A stretch of 64,000 nucleotides of DNA from an uncultured bacterium (GTDB lineage Bacteria > Patescibacteriota > Minisyncoccia > Phycocordibacterales > GWA1-40-21). The stretch lies in assembly GCA_963804975.1 (NCBI GenBank), contig CAWDSG010000002.1:494224-558223 (forward strand). Reading direction: 5' to 3'. The position numbers and the translations under genes are program-made. Below, one piece after another: positions 30,201 through 37,148 of the stretch. Below the pieces are notes generated by a model. The model was not told the DNA's origin. It ran no database searches and worked only from the letters and a program-made list of their open reading frames with translations. The stretch's first letter is position 1, and each line of letters begins with the position of its first letter.

Positions 30201-33200
30201 GCAAATGTGGATGATGCGTATGAGAATGTCGGATAGTTTCCTGTGAGGTATGAGGTGGAAGCGTAAGTGGAGGAGGCATAAGCGAAGGTTGGATAGTTGG
30301 ATGTCAGATATGAAGTCGAGGCGAATGTACCGAGGACCCAGGATGTTGATGCGAATGTGGAAGAGGCATATGCAAAGCTCGGATATGTTGAAGTCAGTGT
30401 CGTGGTGGAAACATAATCTGCTCCGAGAGCGGTGATTGTTTCAAAAGTGTTTGTCACCCATGAAGTGGAAGCGAAGGTTCCAAGGACCCATGTGGTCGAA
30501 GCGTATGTCGATGAAGCGGTGGCGGAAGAGAGAAACTGCGAAGTGGAATTGTCCGCGGTGGAAAGATCCTGGCCGGAGATGTTTGAAATGTAGTTATTCG
30601 TATTTGACCATGCAAGCGGAGAGCCGACGGTTCCAATGCCTGAGAGAGTCCCTCCCGAAGTTACGACGCCTGTGAGATAACTCATCCCTGTCCATGGAGT
30701 GCCTGTGACAAACTCTGATGTGGTGGTGGAAGTGATGTTTCCGTTTTGATCAACTGCAAGGAATGAGCTTGTAAGATTGTTGCCCAAAGTGACTTGAGAG
30801 ATAGTGGTTGAGGCCATGATGTTGGTGCCGTTTGCCGTGAAGCTTTGAGTCCCAAGATTGACTGCTCCTGTCGCACCGGTGTAAGGGACATAGGTTGCGG
30901 TGACAAAGGAAGTTGATGCGAAGGTGGAAGAGGCGTACGCAAATGTCGGGAAGTTTGTTGTTACAAAACTTGTGGAAGCGAATGTACCGAGGACCCAGGA
31001 TGTTGATGCGAATGTCGAAAGAACCCATGAAGTGGAAGCAAAAGTTCCAACTATCCACGAGGTGGAAGCAAAAGTAGAGGAAGCGTATGCGAATGTCGGG
31101 AAGTTATTCACAACAAATGAAGTTGAGGCGAAGGTGGAGGAAGCGTAGCTGAATGAAACATACGTCGATGTTGCATTCGCAATCTTCAAATAAGTGGATG
31201 AAGCTGTGGTAGTGGAAAGCAAAGCGTTCAAAGCGGTTTCCAAATCTCCTTGATCTGAAAGTGGTCCTGTAATAGCGCCCCATGCCACGGTAGCGCTGCC
31301 GCTTGAAGCAAATGCCCATTCAAAACCGGTTGATGAAGTTGAAGAAGCCTTTAAAAATGTTCCGGGTGTTCCCGTCTCAAGTGAAGCGATTGTCGTTGAT
31401 GAAGTCCAATACGCAAGAGTGTTTGTAGCGCCTCCGCTCAAACTCGCTCCGCTTGTAGGAGTTGTCGTTGAAATAATGTTTCCGTTTGCATCAACTGCAA
31501 GAAAAGAATTGCTTAGACCATTATCAAGCGAAAGAGATGTGATTGAAGTAGTGGCAAGAGTGGAAGTGCCGGAAACGGTGAAAGAGTTTGCTCCGAGATT
31601 CACATTTGCATTTGCTCCGGTGTAAGGAACGTATGTGGCTGTGACGAATGATGTCGAAGCGAAAGTGGAAGAAGCGTATGAGAATGTCGGAAAGTTATTC
31701 ACTACGAATGAAGTGGAAGCAAAGGTTGATGAAGCGTATGAGAATGTCGGATAATTGGATGTGAGAGTTGTAGTAGAAACATAATCAGACGAGAGAATGG
31801 AGGTGAAAGTGGAAGTGGAAATGTAATCTGTTCCAAGCGAAAGGATAGTGGCAAAAGTGTTTGTCACCCAGCTCGTGGAAGCGAAAGTTCCGATGACCCA
31901 TGAGGTGGAGGCGTAAGTGCTTGATGCGTATGAAAAATTTGGAAAATTATTTACAACGAAGCTTGTCGACGCGAATGTCGATGAAGCGTATGCGAATGTT
32001 GGAAATGTGGAAGTGATCCAGGAAGTGGAGGCAAAAGTAGAGGAAGCATAAGCAAAACTTGGAAATGTCGAATTAATCCAGGAAGTGGAGGCGAATGTTC
32101 CGAGAACCCACGATGTCGACGCGAATGTGCTTGAAGCATAAGCAAATGTCGGAAAATTATTTGTTACAAAACTTGTGGAGGCAAATGTGGAAGAGGCGTA
32201 TGCATAGTTTGGATAGTTTGCGGTGACCCACGAAGTGGAAGCGAATGTTGAGTAAACCCACGATGTCGAAGCGAACGTGCTTGAGGCGTAATCAAATGTC
32301 GGGAAATTATTCACTACGAATGATGTGGAAGCGTAAGTGGAAGAAGCGTATGAGAAGCTTGGATATGTTGATGTCAGGGTTGTCGTGGAAACATAATCTG
32401 CGGCAGCGGATGTCGTGGAAAGTTTTTCATTCAGAGCGGTTTGCAAATCACCTTGGCTTGAAAGTGTTCCGGTAATAAAACCCCAGACCCCACTTCCACC
32501 GCTCGACGAAGCCAGTGCCCAATCAAAACCTGTCGGTGATGTAGACGATGACCTTAAAAATGTTCCCGCAGTTCCTGTTGCAAGACCTGTGATTTCCGAA
32601 GTGCCGCTGAATATCGCAAGCTGATTAACTAACCCCGTTCCTGTAACCGGATTTGTTAAAGCTTTTTGAAATGTATCATTTACCCACGATGTCGAAGCGA
32701 ATGTGCTTGAAGCATAAGCAAATGTCGGGAAATTATTCACTACGAATGATGTGGAAGCGTAAGTGGAAGAAGCGTATGAGAAGCTTGGATATGTTGATGT
32801 CAGGGTTGTCGTGGAAACATAATCTGCGGCAGCGGATGTCGTGGAAAGTTTTTCATTGAATATATTCCAATCAGCACTTGATAAGGCGCCCGTTCCTGTG
32901 CTTGAAGCTAAACCGAGCGAAAGAGTTTGTCCTGCTAAATAAAGACCGTTCCCGGTGCCTATTGCCACATCGCCGCTGTTTGTACCAGTTGAAGTTCCGG
33001 AAATATTTGAAGCTGAAATTGCGCCCGTAAATGATGCGTTTATTCCGCTCAAAAGTCCGCTTGAGGCAACAGAAAATAAATTCGCTCCGGAAGAATTTTG
33101 AATTTGAAAAAGATTTGCGACTTGTCCTACAAATCCACCAATTGTGAGCGCCGTGGAATTCGTAGATGTGGAAAGAATACTGACAACCGAATTTGCAATC

Positions 33201-33703
33201 GGCGTCGTGGTGCCGAATGAAGATTGCCCTGTTCCGGAAACTGCACTTGAAAGCTGTGAGAATGCCGAAGCGGTTATGAGCTCGCGCGGAGAAAGAGTTT
33301 CAAAATATATATTGTCGGACGAAACTTCAATTTGAAGATAAACTGTATTGTTTGTGTTGAAATTATAATTCAGCGCATCCGGATATCCATTTGCGGTATC
33401 TCCGATATTCACATTGAAAACTCCCTGTCTGACCGTTGTTGAAGCAGAATTTGGAGAGAGTGCCGGCCAAAGTTTATTGCCAGTCGTAGTGCTTACATTA
33501 TCCCAGAGAGAAAATTTAAAATAATAGATCGTCCCGCTGCCGCCCAAAAGATTTCCGCTTGAATCATACAATCTGCCTTGGAAGCCCAGGATTGCCGGCG
33601 TACCGGATGCCGCGTAAGAAAAATTAAATGCTAAGGAGAATAACGATACTATTATTAATAGCTTCGCCAGGACTTTTTTACTTAAAAAATGTTTTATATA
33701 CAT
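18245..33703 (-). CDS. giant (5152 aa) repetitive surface protein with tail-fibre-like repeats, a pectate-lyase-like beta-helix, a poly-Gly module, a peptidase-S74-like chaperone segment and two C-terminal Big_2 domains
   Basis: Single ORF with a signal peptide. Carries many …NVGIGTTTP…L.V.G and YASSTFASTSW/F repeats, the TDDTAVLQSAIDT…beta-helix, GGGGGGGGGAPGGGGG…VIIIRY, SDRRLKTDITETHYGLADLMK and two TLTAINISPATANLTVGD… Big_2 repeats. Confidence 0.8.
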   Translation of the reverse strand: MYIKHFLSKKVLAKLLIIVSLFSLAFNFSYAASGTPAILGFQGRLYDSSGNLLGGSGTIYYFKFSLWDNVSTTTGNKLWPALSPNSASTTVRQGVFNVNIGDTANGYPDALNYNFNTNNTVYLQIEVSSDNIYFETLSPRELITASAFSQLSSAVSGTGQSSFGTTTPIANSVVSILSTSTNSTALTIGGFVGQVANLFQIQNSSGANLFSVASSGLLSGINASFTGAISASNISGTSTGTNSGDVAIGTGNGLYLAGQTLSLGLASSTGTGALSSADWNIFNEKLSTTSAAADYVSTTTLTSTYPSFSYASSTYASTSFVVNNFPTFAYASSTFASTSWVNDTFQKALTNPVTGTGLVNQLAIFSGTSEITGLATGTAGTFLRSSSTSPTGFDWALASSSGGSGVWGFITGTLSSQGDLQTALNEKLSTTSAAADYVSTTTLTSTYPSFSYASSTYASTSFVVNNFPTFDYASSTFASTSWVYSTFASTSWVTANYPNYAYASSTFASTSFVTNNFPTFAYASSTFASTSWVLGTFASTSWINSTFPSFAYASSTFASTSWITSTFPTFAYASSTFASTSFVVNNFPNFSYASSTYASTSWVIGTFASTSWVTNTFATILSLGTDYISTSTFTSILSSDYVSTTTLTSNYPTFSYASSTFASTSFVVNNFPTFSYASSTFASTSFVTATYVPYTGANANVNLGANSFTVSGTSTLATTSITSLSLDNGLSNSFLAVDANGNIISTTTPTSGASLSGGATNTLAYWTSSTTIASLETGTPGTFLKASSTSSTGFEWAFASSGSATVAWGAITGPLSDQGDLETALNALLSTTTASSTYLKIANATSTYVSFSYASSTFASTSFVVNNFPTFAYASSTFASTSWIVGTFASTSWVLSTFASTSWVLGTFASTSFVTTNFPTFAYASSTFASTSFVTATYVPYTGATGAVNLGTQSFTANGTNIMASTTISQVTLGNNLTSSFLAVDQNGNITSTTTSEFVTGTPWTGMSYLTGVVTSGGTLSGIGTVGSPLAWSNTNNYISNISGQDLSTADNSTSQFLSSATASSTYASTTWVLGTFASTSWVTNTFETITALGADYVSTTTLTSTYPSFAYASSTFASTSWVLGTFASTSYLTSNYPTFAYASSTYASTSYLTGNYPTFSYASSTFASTSFVTTNFPTFEYASSSYQPMTTLGDIIYGGDSGAATVLSGNTTTVQKFLAQTGDGVNSAAPSWQTLPAQGTLTYYFQNTASNVTGYKKQLPTPYTPKTTLSTTTLPVGTDVVQNWITDPGFPNLTFIPAGQYEFHIHAARPVANGKTVTLYAEIWEANSSGANIARIGTSEVTPAIGTSEVEYRLYFATSSTYIMASTSSRIVTKVYATISGPGPFSPTVDLYYGDEADSHIALPSNTVDATNFVPYSGATADVDLGTHNFTVLGTSTFATSTFSGTVGIGTTTPNAALSVIGTSTTQGLNISNLTNSFIAVDTSGNVISTTTSQFVTGTPWTGMSYLTGVVTSGGTLSGIGTVGSPLAWSNTNNYISNISGQDLSTADNSTSQFISSAMASSTYASTSFVTTNFPTFTYASSTFASTSWVLGTFASTSYLTSNYPTFAYASSTFASTSWVTSTFLPLSASTSLPYLSNTLSFLASTSPFTTGYIQYATSSGALTDSGIYYDYATRNVGIGTTSPASLLELDTENIGATAATTSGLSLINNTAAASGSQQYSPSIWFKSYGWGTTASTSQPAEWQITSVPQQATVANPQLMFNSSSNNSAYATRLTLSQGGTLTMTGALTGATTGGFSNTITDTMNGIGTTTSGNAVLITNTTAATAGNRIQSSDLLTFSGLAYAVSTANSQANQIALNIQPVSASTTYPTLVISAKEVNGNVLSSANALMVVSGNGTVGIGSSTPSASLSVVGTTTMVDGTSFTPAIANFASSSGTSALYIAPSGYVGINQTNPTEQLSVVGATSNTLTALSVQSSPSTNYTGTIMTVTPSSAMTSGTGLSISQTGATSRQTALSGKLLNVSGATNLTANSYAMAGNIASFSRSYDYNNAGQTLTVTGSVVDINDTMTQTGGTIAHSANVLSITQGFATATGAVLNVTGKGTGDLLDLVDNTTTVFAVKDGGKVGIGTTTPATVLYVVGTITTQNLNISNLSNSFLAVDMNGNVIATSTADLFTNYVNYNYASSTFASTSFVVNNFPTFAYASSTFASTSWIVGTFASTSWVTSTFETIASLGADYVSTTTLTANYPTFAYASSTFASTSFVTATYVPYSYASSTFASTSWIVGTFASTSWVTNTFATIANYPTYTYASSTFASTSFVTTNFPTFAYASSTFASTSFVTATYVPYTGATGAVNLGTQSFTANGTNIMASTTISQVTLGNNLTSSFLAVDQNGNITSTTTSEFVTGTPWTGMSYLTGVVTSGGTLSGIGTVGSPLAWSNTNNYISNISGQDLSTADNSTSQFLSSATASSTYASTTWVLGTFASTSWITSTFPSFAYASSTFASTSFVVNNFPSYAYASSTFASTSWVTNTFETITALGADYVSTTTLTSTYPSFAYASSTFASTSWVLGTFASTSYLTSNYPTFTYASSTFASTSWVLGTFASTSFVTTNFPTFAYASSTFASTSFVTATYVPYTGATGAVNLGTQSFTANGTNIMASTTISQVTLGNNLTSSFLAVDQNGNITSTTTSEFVTGTPWTGMSYLTGVVTSGGTLSGIGTVGSPLAWSNTNNYISNISGQDLSTADNSTSQFLSSATASSTYASTTWVLGTFASTSWITSTFPSFAYASSTFASTSFVVNNFPSYAYASSTFASTSFVTATYVPYTGATTNVNLGANTFTVSGTSTLATTSITQLTLGNGLASTFLAVDPNGKIISTTTPTGSSQWTTNASSIYYSGNVGIGTTSPLAKFEVYGTAGNNAIANFASSTNSSVLYIAASGFVGIGTTTPATALYVIGTSTIQNLNISNLSNAFLAVDSSGNVITTTTPSGSSASSSLSANVIYASTLSGIHSDSNLTSGGGTDDTAVLQSAIDTLASEGGGELILDKVFLVGSLHVPSDITIRGLGWNTGLYRADHTDAPIIRNENPSTTTAQDTNIQLINFQVSLNGINQDATPIESEGDCWVNGVAFYGVSDVTLDTIRVYNADQPNIELPIMFTNTSYVTVENTEVYMGLSTNNDGIHFTGPNSHLVLKNIKGAVGAQLIDLNSTDAVNGLQDCSATPWIINSGDITDVLIDGIEFMGSEYGISVLSGANNIKHLTIKNVHGTTVYWTIGFWNAWDAPTYTGGIIDDVLLENISMTYGQPIQAYHIGSGLVHIGNLQISNSRWAYNGANVPWFNIESGVTIDSLQMDNITVNNSGQPLIKNDAEIKTLSMNGIKWYRPAGSSPSGYMIGGNGTTDLVSMVDLDLLYLSGAINPTQTVGTSTSYIANDLNVLGNVISSDDISAQNLNALTINSTTSNSTEANISDTLITGTANITQAITFGTTTAGLGGTVTVDGAYTIRTFTSSGTFTTPASTTDYSVLIVAGGGGGGGGGAPGGGGGAGGAVASSSITLATSTAYTVTVGDGGEPAVNGDDSSFDDLTASGGGHGCTYEGTTGDGGSGGGGGYSCPTGGAGTAGQGYDGGDGAGAVDPYETGGGGGAGDVGGTYTSYQSGNGGVGTSSGITGYTAYYGGGGGGTASTQGTVYGTGGAGGGGDGAIDGSSNGSDGTANTGGGGGGSHGGTGGSGGSGVIIIRYLTPANQQPTIYLTNINGLFNFTAGISIAGVLGINTSSPAAFLDVYGTSTLQKANLFTISSSSLARLFTVSNAGYVGIGASNPQNALSLTGGDNISIDMSTPAKPTIASSTTGGTLSARVYYIKISASDGVGVTTPSTEVTATTTGTTGSITLSGYSVTGASSYRIYFATSTGAGNENVYISTTTTTFVLSTSTPAVYTAGTVPTVTTAYVDKISASGNSWLLGGNVGIGSSTPVSLLELGKTISGTTTLSAGALFDEQAYTFTDASTSIGKTGTGMTWNYFGQQTIAATNASTTQTNLFGVYIAGAPTTSGGGIKNVGTSTALFVNGGTVSASTTIAYSLVVIAPTGAASNYAAYFNGNVGIGTSTSNSILSVASTSASLISPAFQVQTGSTGAPTNGLVYFNFNGARTAGGAAFQITDISTTIATTTQITSNSLTTGNALTINATGLTTGSGEAIFTTGTSQTGPALLVQTGSTGAPTNGLVYFNFNSARNTGTSNTGFQITDLSTNGTTTQITSNSMSTGTAMTINATALTSGSGLSIITTNTTQTGPSLKVQTGGTSAPTNGLVYFNFNGARTAGGAAFQITDISTTIATTTQITSNSLTTGNALTINATGLTTGSGEAIFTTGTSQTGPALLVQTGSTGAPTNGLVYFNFNSARNTGTSNTGFQITDLSTNGTTTQITSNSMSTGTAMTINATALTSGSGLSIITTNTTQTGPSLKVQTGGTSAPTNGLVYFNFNGARTAGGAAFQITDISTTIATTTQITSNSLTTGNALTINATGLTTGSGEAIFTTGTSQTGPALLVQTGSTGAPTNGLVYFNFNAAHTNTGFQITDLATTGTTTQITANSSTGGTGLAIIMNSSSKAAGAALFILASSTAASSTTADAGIIIDRNSASGNGLRYIRFGSISGPEIGAIINSSNSAISYVTGSDRRLKTDITETHYGLADLMKVQVADFKWISDGSGDTGFIAQDLYNIYPNAVTAGDNGTDPYILGTTNTWSVDYGKLTPLILKGVQDLNNNFIASTTALEASSSADEANINEINNTLSRFLNASSSTLTIDSITAGVEIIAPSIKVNGLIVDSVSSLADAISFMNDTIFFGRPYFNTDTAGFAVIAKGQESVDVKFDNPYLEQPIVNATISLNKSDNPAADSAAVGDIFANDIRYVIANKSTIGFTIILNKPAIDNTTFSWTAFAIKNAKTFGYPSDYTLPAASSSPPSGGLSGSGSSGNSSSTLTTINITPVTASLTIGDATTTQQLSAETLDQNGDSIIATLTWASDNVLVATVDDSGLVTPVGAGTANITASSGLITSDSSVITVASVSAPMPTLTAINISPATANLTVGDATTTQQLSAETLDQNGDSIIATLTWASDNVLVATVDDSGLVTPVGAGTANITASSGLITSNPAAITVQDSATSTP
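18288..18790. repeat. two tandem 279-bp repeats, each encoding a C-terminal Big_2 Ig-like domain
   Basis: Near-identical DNA copies starting at 18294 and 18573. Confidence 0.7.
19970..21360. repeat. intragenic tandem repeat, 501-bp period, about 2.7 copies, 100% identical
   Basis: Identical sub-ORFs at 20118/20619/21120 and at 20364/20865. Encodes 167-aa units (…TNGLVYFNFN…) with an internal ~83-aa sub-period. Confidence 0.85.
25250..26760. repeat. intragenic tandem repeat, 867-bp period, about 1.75 identical copies
   Basis: Identical sub-ORFs at 25312/26179, 25384/26251 and 25600/26467. Confidence 0.85.
30290..30990. repeat. dispersed third copy of the 867-bp repeat unit, with an internal deletion
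   Basis: The sub-ORF 30682-30942 is identical to 25600-25860. Confidence 0.7.
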
Positions 33704-34156
33704 TTAAAGTATGCAACAAAAATCTCATTAAAAGGTCTTTTTAGTCCAAAATTCCGCAACCTTTTTTCAGTACCATAATTATAAAACGATATGCAAGGAA
33801 ATACAATGGTTTTTACAAGAAAAATCGCTAATAATAAGGACAAAAATAGAATTTGTAAATAAAATTTGTTTAAAGACCATTTTAAGCCATTTTTTGGTGA
33901 ATTTTTTCATTTTTCTTCAGAAAAATTGAGTAAAAAAGTGTTTTTAGTTTTGATTTATCCACTTTTGGAAAAATATGCCGGGCTGGATCATGAGTACATT
34001 TCTCGAAACTTACAGTTTCAGTACCCCCATTGGAGATTTTATTTCGTTACACTCATAAAATCTACACAATGGGGCTTCGAGTCCAGCACGAAACTGCCCC
34101 CGGCAGTTTCTCCGGCGCACATTTTAAAAACATCCGCTAAGGGTGTTTTTAAAATG

Positions 34157-34239
34157 TGCGCCGGGCTGGACTCGAACCAGCGAAGCCCGAAGGCAAGAGA
34201 TTTACAGTCTCCCGTAATTGCCGCTATACGACCGGCGCA
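34157..34239 (-). tRNA. tRNA-Tyr (GTA), class II with a long variable arm
   Basis: The reverse complement reads GCGCCGGTCGTATAGCGGC…GGAGA-CTGTAAA-TCTCT…GCTGG-TTCGAGT-CCAGC-CCGGCGC-A. Confidence 0.85.
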
Positions 34240-34276
34240 ATAGGAGCACTATATCATTTTTTATGATTTTTTCAAA

Positions 34277-36952
34277 TTAAAAGCTTTCAACCAATTCCCT
34301 TTCAATAATCATTCCTTTCTTTCCTTTTTTCACTTCAAAATCCAGTTCTTTGTTTTTCATTCCGATTGCTACAGTTCCGCCCTTTACGATTTCTTGCGAG
34401 ATTATAAGCGAAGCGATCGGATTCAAAATTTTATCTTGAATTAGGCGTTTTAGCGGCCGCGCTCCGTTTTGCGGATTGTATCCTTCCTTCGCCAGATATT
34501 CCAAGGCCTCATTTTTTATATCAAGAGTAATTTCTTTTACTTTCAATCTTTCTTTGACTAAATCAATCTGAATATCTACGATTTTTCGTATCGCTTGCTC
34601 GCTCAAAACGTCAAAAATAATCACATCGTCAAGACGATTCATAAATTCCGGCCTGAAAAAATCTTTCAAAGACGCAAGAATTTTTTCTTTCACCAAACTA
34701 TATTCGTTCGCTTTCCCATCGGAAGTTTTAAATCCGATCTGCTCCATTTTATCTATGAATTGAGCTCCGATATTTGAAGTCATTATAATCACGGTATTTT
34801 TGAAATTAATCGTTCTGCCTTTTGAATCGGTCAGTCGCCCATTGTCCAAAACCTGAAGCAGAAGATTAAAAACTTCCGGATGAGCTTTTTCAATCTCGTC
34901 AAAAAGCACCACAGAATATGGTCTGTGCCTTATCATTTCCGTAAGCGCTCCACCCTCTTCATAGCCGACATATCCCGGAGGCGAACCGATGAGTTTTGAA
35001 GTGGAATGTTTTTCCATAAATTCCGACATATCAACTCTGATAAGCGCTTTTTCATCGTCAAAAAGAAATTCGGCAAGCGCTTTTGTCAGCTCTGTTTTTC
35101 CGACACCAGTCGGTCCGAGGAAAATAAACGAGCCGATAGGCCTCCCCGGATCGGCGATTCCCACACGGGATCTTTTTATCGTCTCCGAAATTTTTCTGAC
35201 AGCTTCATCCTGCCCGACAATTCGCTTTTTGAGTTCATCTTCCATTCTCACAAGTTTGTTCGCTTCGGACTCAAGCATGCGAGAAACCGGCACTCCAGTC
35301 CATTTCGAAACTACTTTTGCAATATCCTCTTCCGTTATCTCTTCTTTCAAAACCCTTCTTGAAACCTGAAGTTTTTTCAGTTTTTTCAATTTTGCATCAA
35401 GTTCTTTTTCCGCTTGCGGAATTTTTCCATATCTTATTTCCGCCGCTTTGGAAAGATCCGTCTGTATTTCCGCATTTTCATCCTCTATTTTCAGAAGTTC
35501 CAGCTGTTTTTTCAAACTTTTAATGCTCCCGAGAATTTCTTTTTCGTTTGTCCAGCGCAATTCCACATCAGCCGTTTTTTCTTTCAAATCGGCGATTTCT
35601 TTTTCAATCGCATCAACTCTTTTTTTATTTTCTTTCTTTTTTTCCGCCGTTGTTTCTTTTTTCAAGGCTTCTTTTTCTATTTCAAGGCGCATGACTTTTC
35701 TGCGGGCTTCTTCAAGCACCGGCGGCATATTTTCCAAAGAAATTTTCAGCATTGAAGACGCTTCGTCTATCAGATCCACCGCTTTATCAGGCAAAAATCT
35801 GTCTGTGATATACCTTGAGCTCAAATTCACCGCGGCTAGAATCGCATCGTCTGTGATCCTCACTCCGTGATAAAGTTCGTATTTTTCTTTGAGTCCGCGA
35901 AGTATTGCTATGCAATCTTCAAGCGTCGGTTCGGCGACAATCACCGGCTGAAAACGCCTTGTCAAAGCCGGGTCTTTTTCTATTTTCTGATATTCTTTGA
36001 GAGTCGTCGCGCCGATGGTTCTGAGTTCCCCGCGCGAAAGCGCCGGCTTGAGCATATTTGAAGCGTCCATTGAACCTTCGGCCGCGCCTGCGCCGACAAT
36101 CGTATGAATCTCATCAATAAAAATAATTATTTTCCCTTCCGATTTTTCTATTTCTTTTATTATGGCTTTCAATCTTTCTTCAAATTCGCCCCTGTATTTT
36201 GTCCCTGCTATCAAAAGCCCGAGATCAAGGGAAACCAGTTCTTTGTCTTTCAATGACTCCGGCACATCCCCTGTTGAGATTCTTGATGCAAGCCCTTCCA
36301 CTATCGCCGTTTTTCCTACGCCGGCCTCTCCGATAAGAATCGGATTATTTTTTGTCCGGCGGGAAAGTATTTGTATGATTCTTGAGATTTCATTGTCTCT
36401 GCCGATAACAGGATCAAGCTTGTTGTCTTTTGCAAGCTTCGTGAGATTCCTCGTGTATTTTAAAATTGCACGGTACTTTTTCGGCTGATTAAGCTCATCG
36501 GGCTTCAAGGTTTTCAATTCCGAAAGAATTTTTACAATCGTACTTTTGTCAATTTTGAATTTCTGCAGAAGATCGCGTGACGAGCAAGGCACGTCAAGTG
36601 CCGCCAAAAAAAGATGTTCTGTGGAAATAAAATCGTCTTTCAGCTCTTGCGCTTCCTTTGCGGACATTTCAAGGATCTGCGCAAGTTCCGGCGTCAGATA
36701 AATCTGATTGTGAAGAGAAAGAGTCGTTGAAGTGCTGTTTGATTCTATCGCTTCAAGTATTGAGTCCGTAAATAAAACGATATCAATATCAAGCCGATCC
36801 AAAATAGACGAGACGACGCTTTCCTCCTGAAGTACGAGCGCAGCGAGAAGGTGAAGCGGATTTACATGATTTTGTCCACGTTCAATAGCAAGCTCATGAG
36901 CCCTTCTTATGACTTCTTTTGCTTTTGTTGTGAAATTATTCAGTGGAGGCAT
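34277..36952 (-). CDS. clpB: ClpB disaggregase chaperone (AAA+, two NBDs plus M-domain)
   Basis: 891 aa with a Clp N-domain, two Walker A/B ATPase domains and a long coiled-coil middle domain. Confidence 0.95.
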   Translation of the reverse strand: MPPLNNFTTKAKEVIRRAHELAIERGQNHVNPLHLLAALVLQEESVVSSILDRLDIDIVLFTDSILEAIESNSTSTTLSLHNQIYLTPELAQILEMSAKEAQELKDDFISTEHLFLAALDVPCSSRDLLQKFKIDKSTIVKILSELKTLKPDELNQPKKYRAILKYTRNLTKLAKDNKLDPVIGRDNEISRIIQILSRRTKNNPILIGEAGVGKTAIVEGLASRISTGDVPESLKDKELVSLDLGLLIAGTKYRGEFEERLKAIIKEIEKSEGKIIIFIDEIHTIVGAGAAEGSMDASNMLKPALSRGELRTIGATTLKEYQKIEKDPALTRRFQPVIVAEPTLEDCIAILRGLKEKYELYHGVRITDDAILAAVNLSSRYITDRFLPDKAVDLIDEASSMLKISLENMPPVLEEARRKVMRLEIEKEALKKETTAEKKKENKKRVDAIEKEIADLKEKTADVELRWTNEKEILGSIKSLKKQLELLKIEDENAEIQTDLSKAAEIRYGKIPQAEKELDAKLKKLKKLQVSRRVLKEEITEEDIAKVVSKWTGVPVSRMLESEANKLVRMEDELKKRIVGQDEAVRKISETIKRSRVGIADPGRPIGSFIFLGPTGVGKTELTKALAEFLFDDEKALIRVDMSEFMEKHSTSKLIGSPPGYVGYEEGGALTEMIRHRPYSVVLFDEIEKAHPEVFNLLLQVLDNGRLTDSKGRTINFKNTVIIMTSNIGAQFIDKMEQIGFKTSDGKANEYSLVKEKILASLKDFFRPEFMNRLDDVIIFDVLSEQAIRKIVDIQIDLVKERLKVKEITLDIKNEALEYLAKEGYNPQNGARPLKRLIQDKILNPIASLIISQEIVKGGTVAIGMKNKELDFEVKKGKKGMIIERELVESF

Positions 36953-37020
36953 ATTTTTTGGCTAAAATTAAGGCTAAAATTAGCTTTATGAATCCATTAT
37001 ACCTCAAAAATAAGCTGAGT

Positions 37021-37145
37021 CAAAAAGAAATAAGCGAGCGAGAAATAACTTTTTTGGAGACTTGGGAGCGCGTCGGCGCGAGCACGAGGAATTTTTTAGC
37101 AAAAAAATATCCGTGCTCTAAAAAAGCTATTTTTCGCTCGCTTAT
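37021..37145. repeat. MITE-like palindromic element, copy C1
   Basis: TIRs TAAGCGAGCGAGAAATAACTTTTTTGGAG / CTCTAAAAAAGCTATTTTTCGCTCGCTTA. The centre is GAGCACGAGG-AATTTTTTAGCAAAAAAAT-ATCCGTGCTC. Confidence 0.6.
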
Positions 37146-37148
37146 CAA

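Noticed and set aside
18462-33335. Dozens of 60-130 aa plus-strand and minus-strand ORFs inside the giant gene region, several duplicated exactly
   Set aside because: They are alternate-frame translations of Gly/Ala/Ser/Thr-rich repetitive coding sequence. Their duplication simply mirrors the DNA tandem repeats.
33866-34243. 125-aa plus-strand ORF
   Set aside because: It overlaps the tRNA-Tyr gene and the adjacent palindromes. It has no coding-like composition and is likely spurious.
37043-37130. A possible CIRCE or other heat-shock operator upstream of clpB (TTAGCA and a long inverted repeat)
   Set aside because: It does not match CIRCE (TTAGCACTC-N9-GAGTGCTAA), HAIR or CtsR consensus. The same palindrome occurs next to infB and tRNA genes, so it is better explained as a repeat family.
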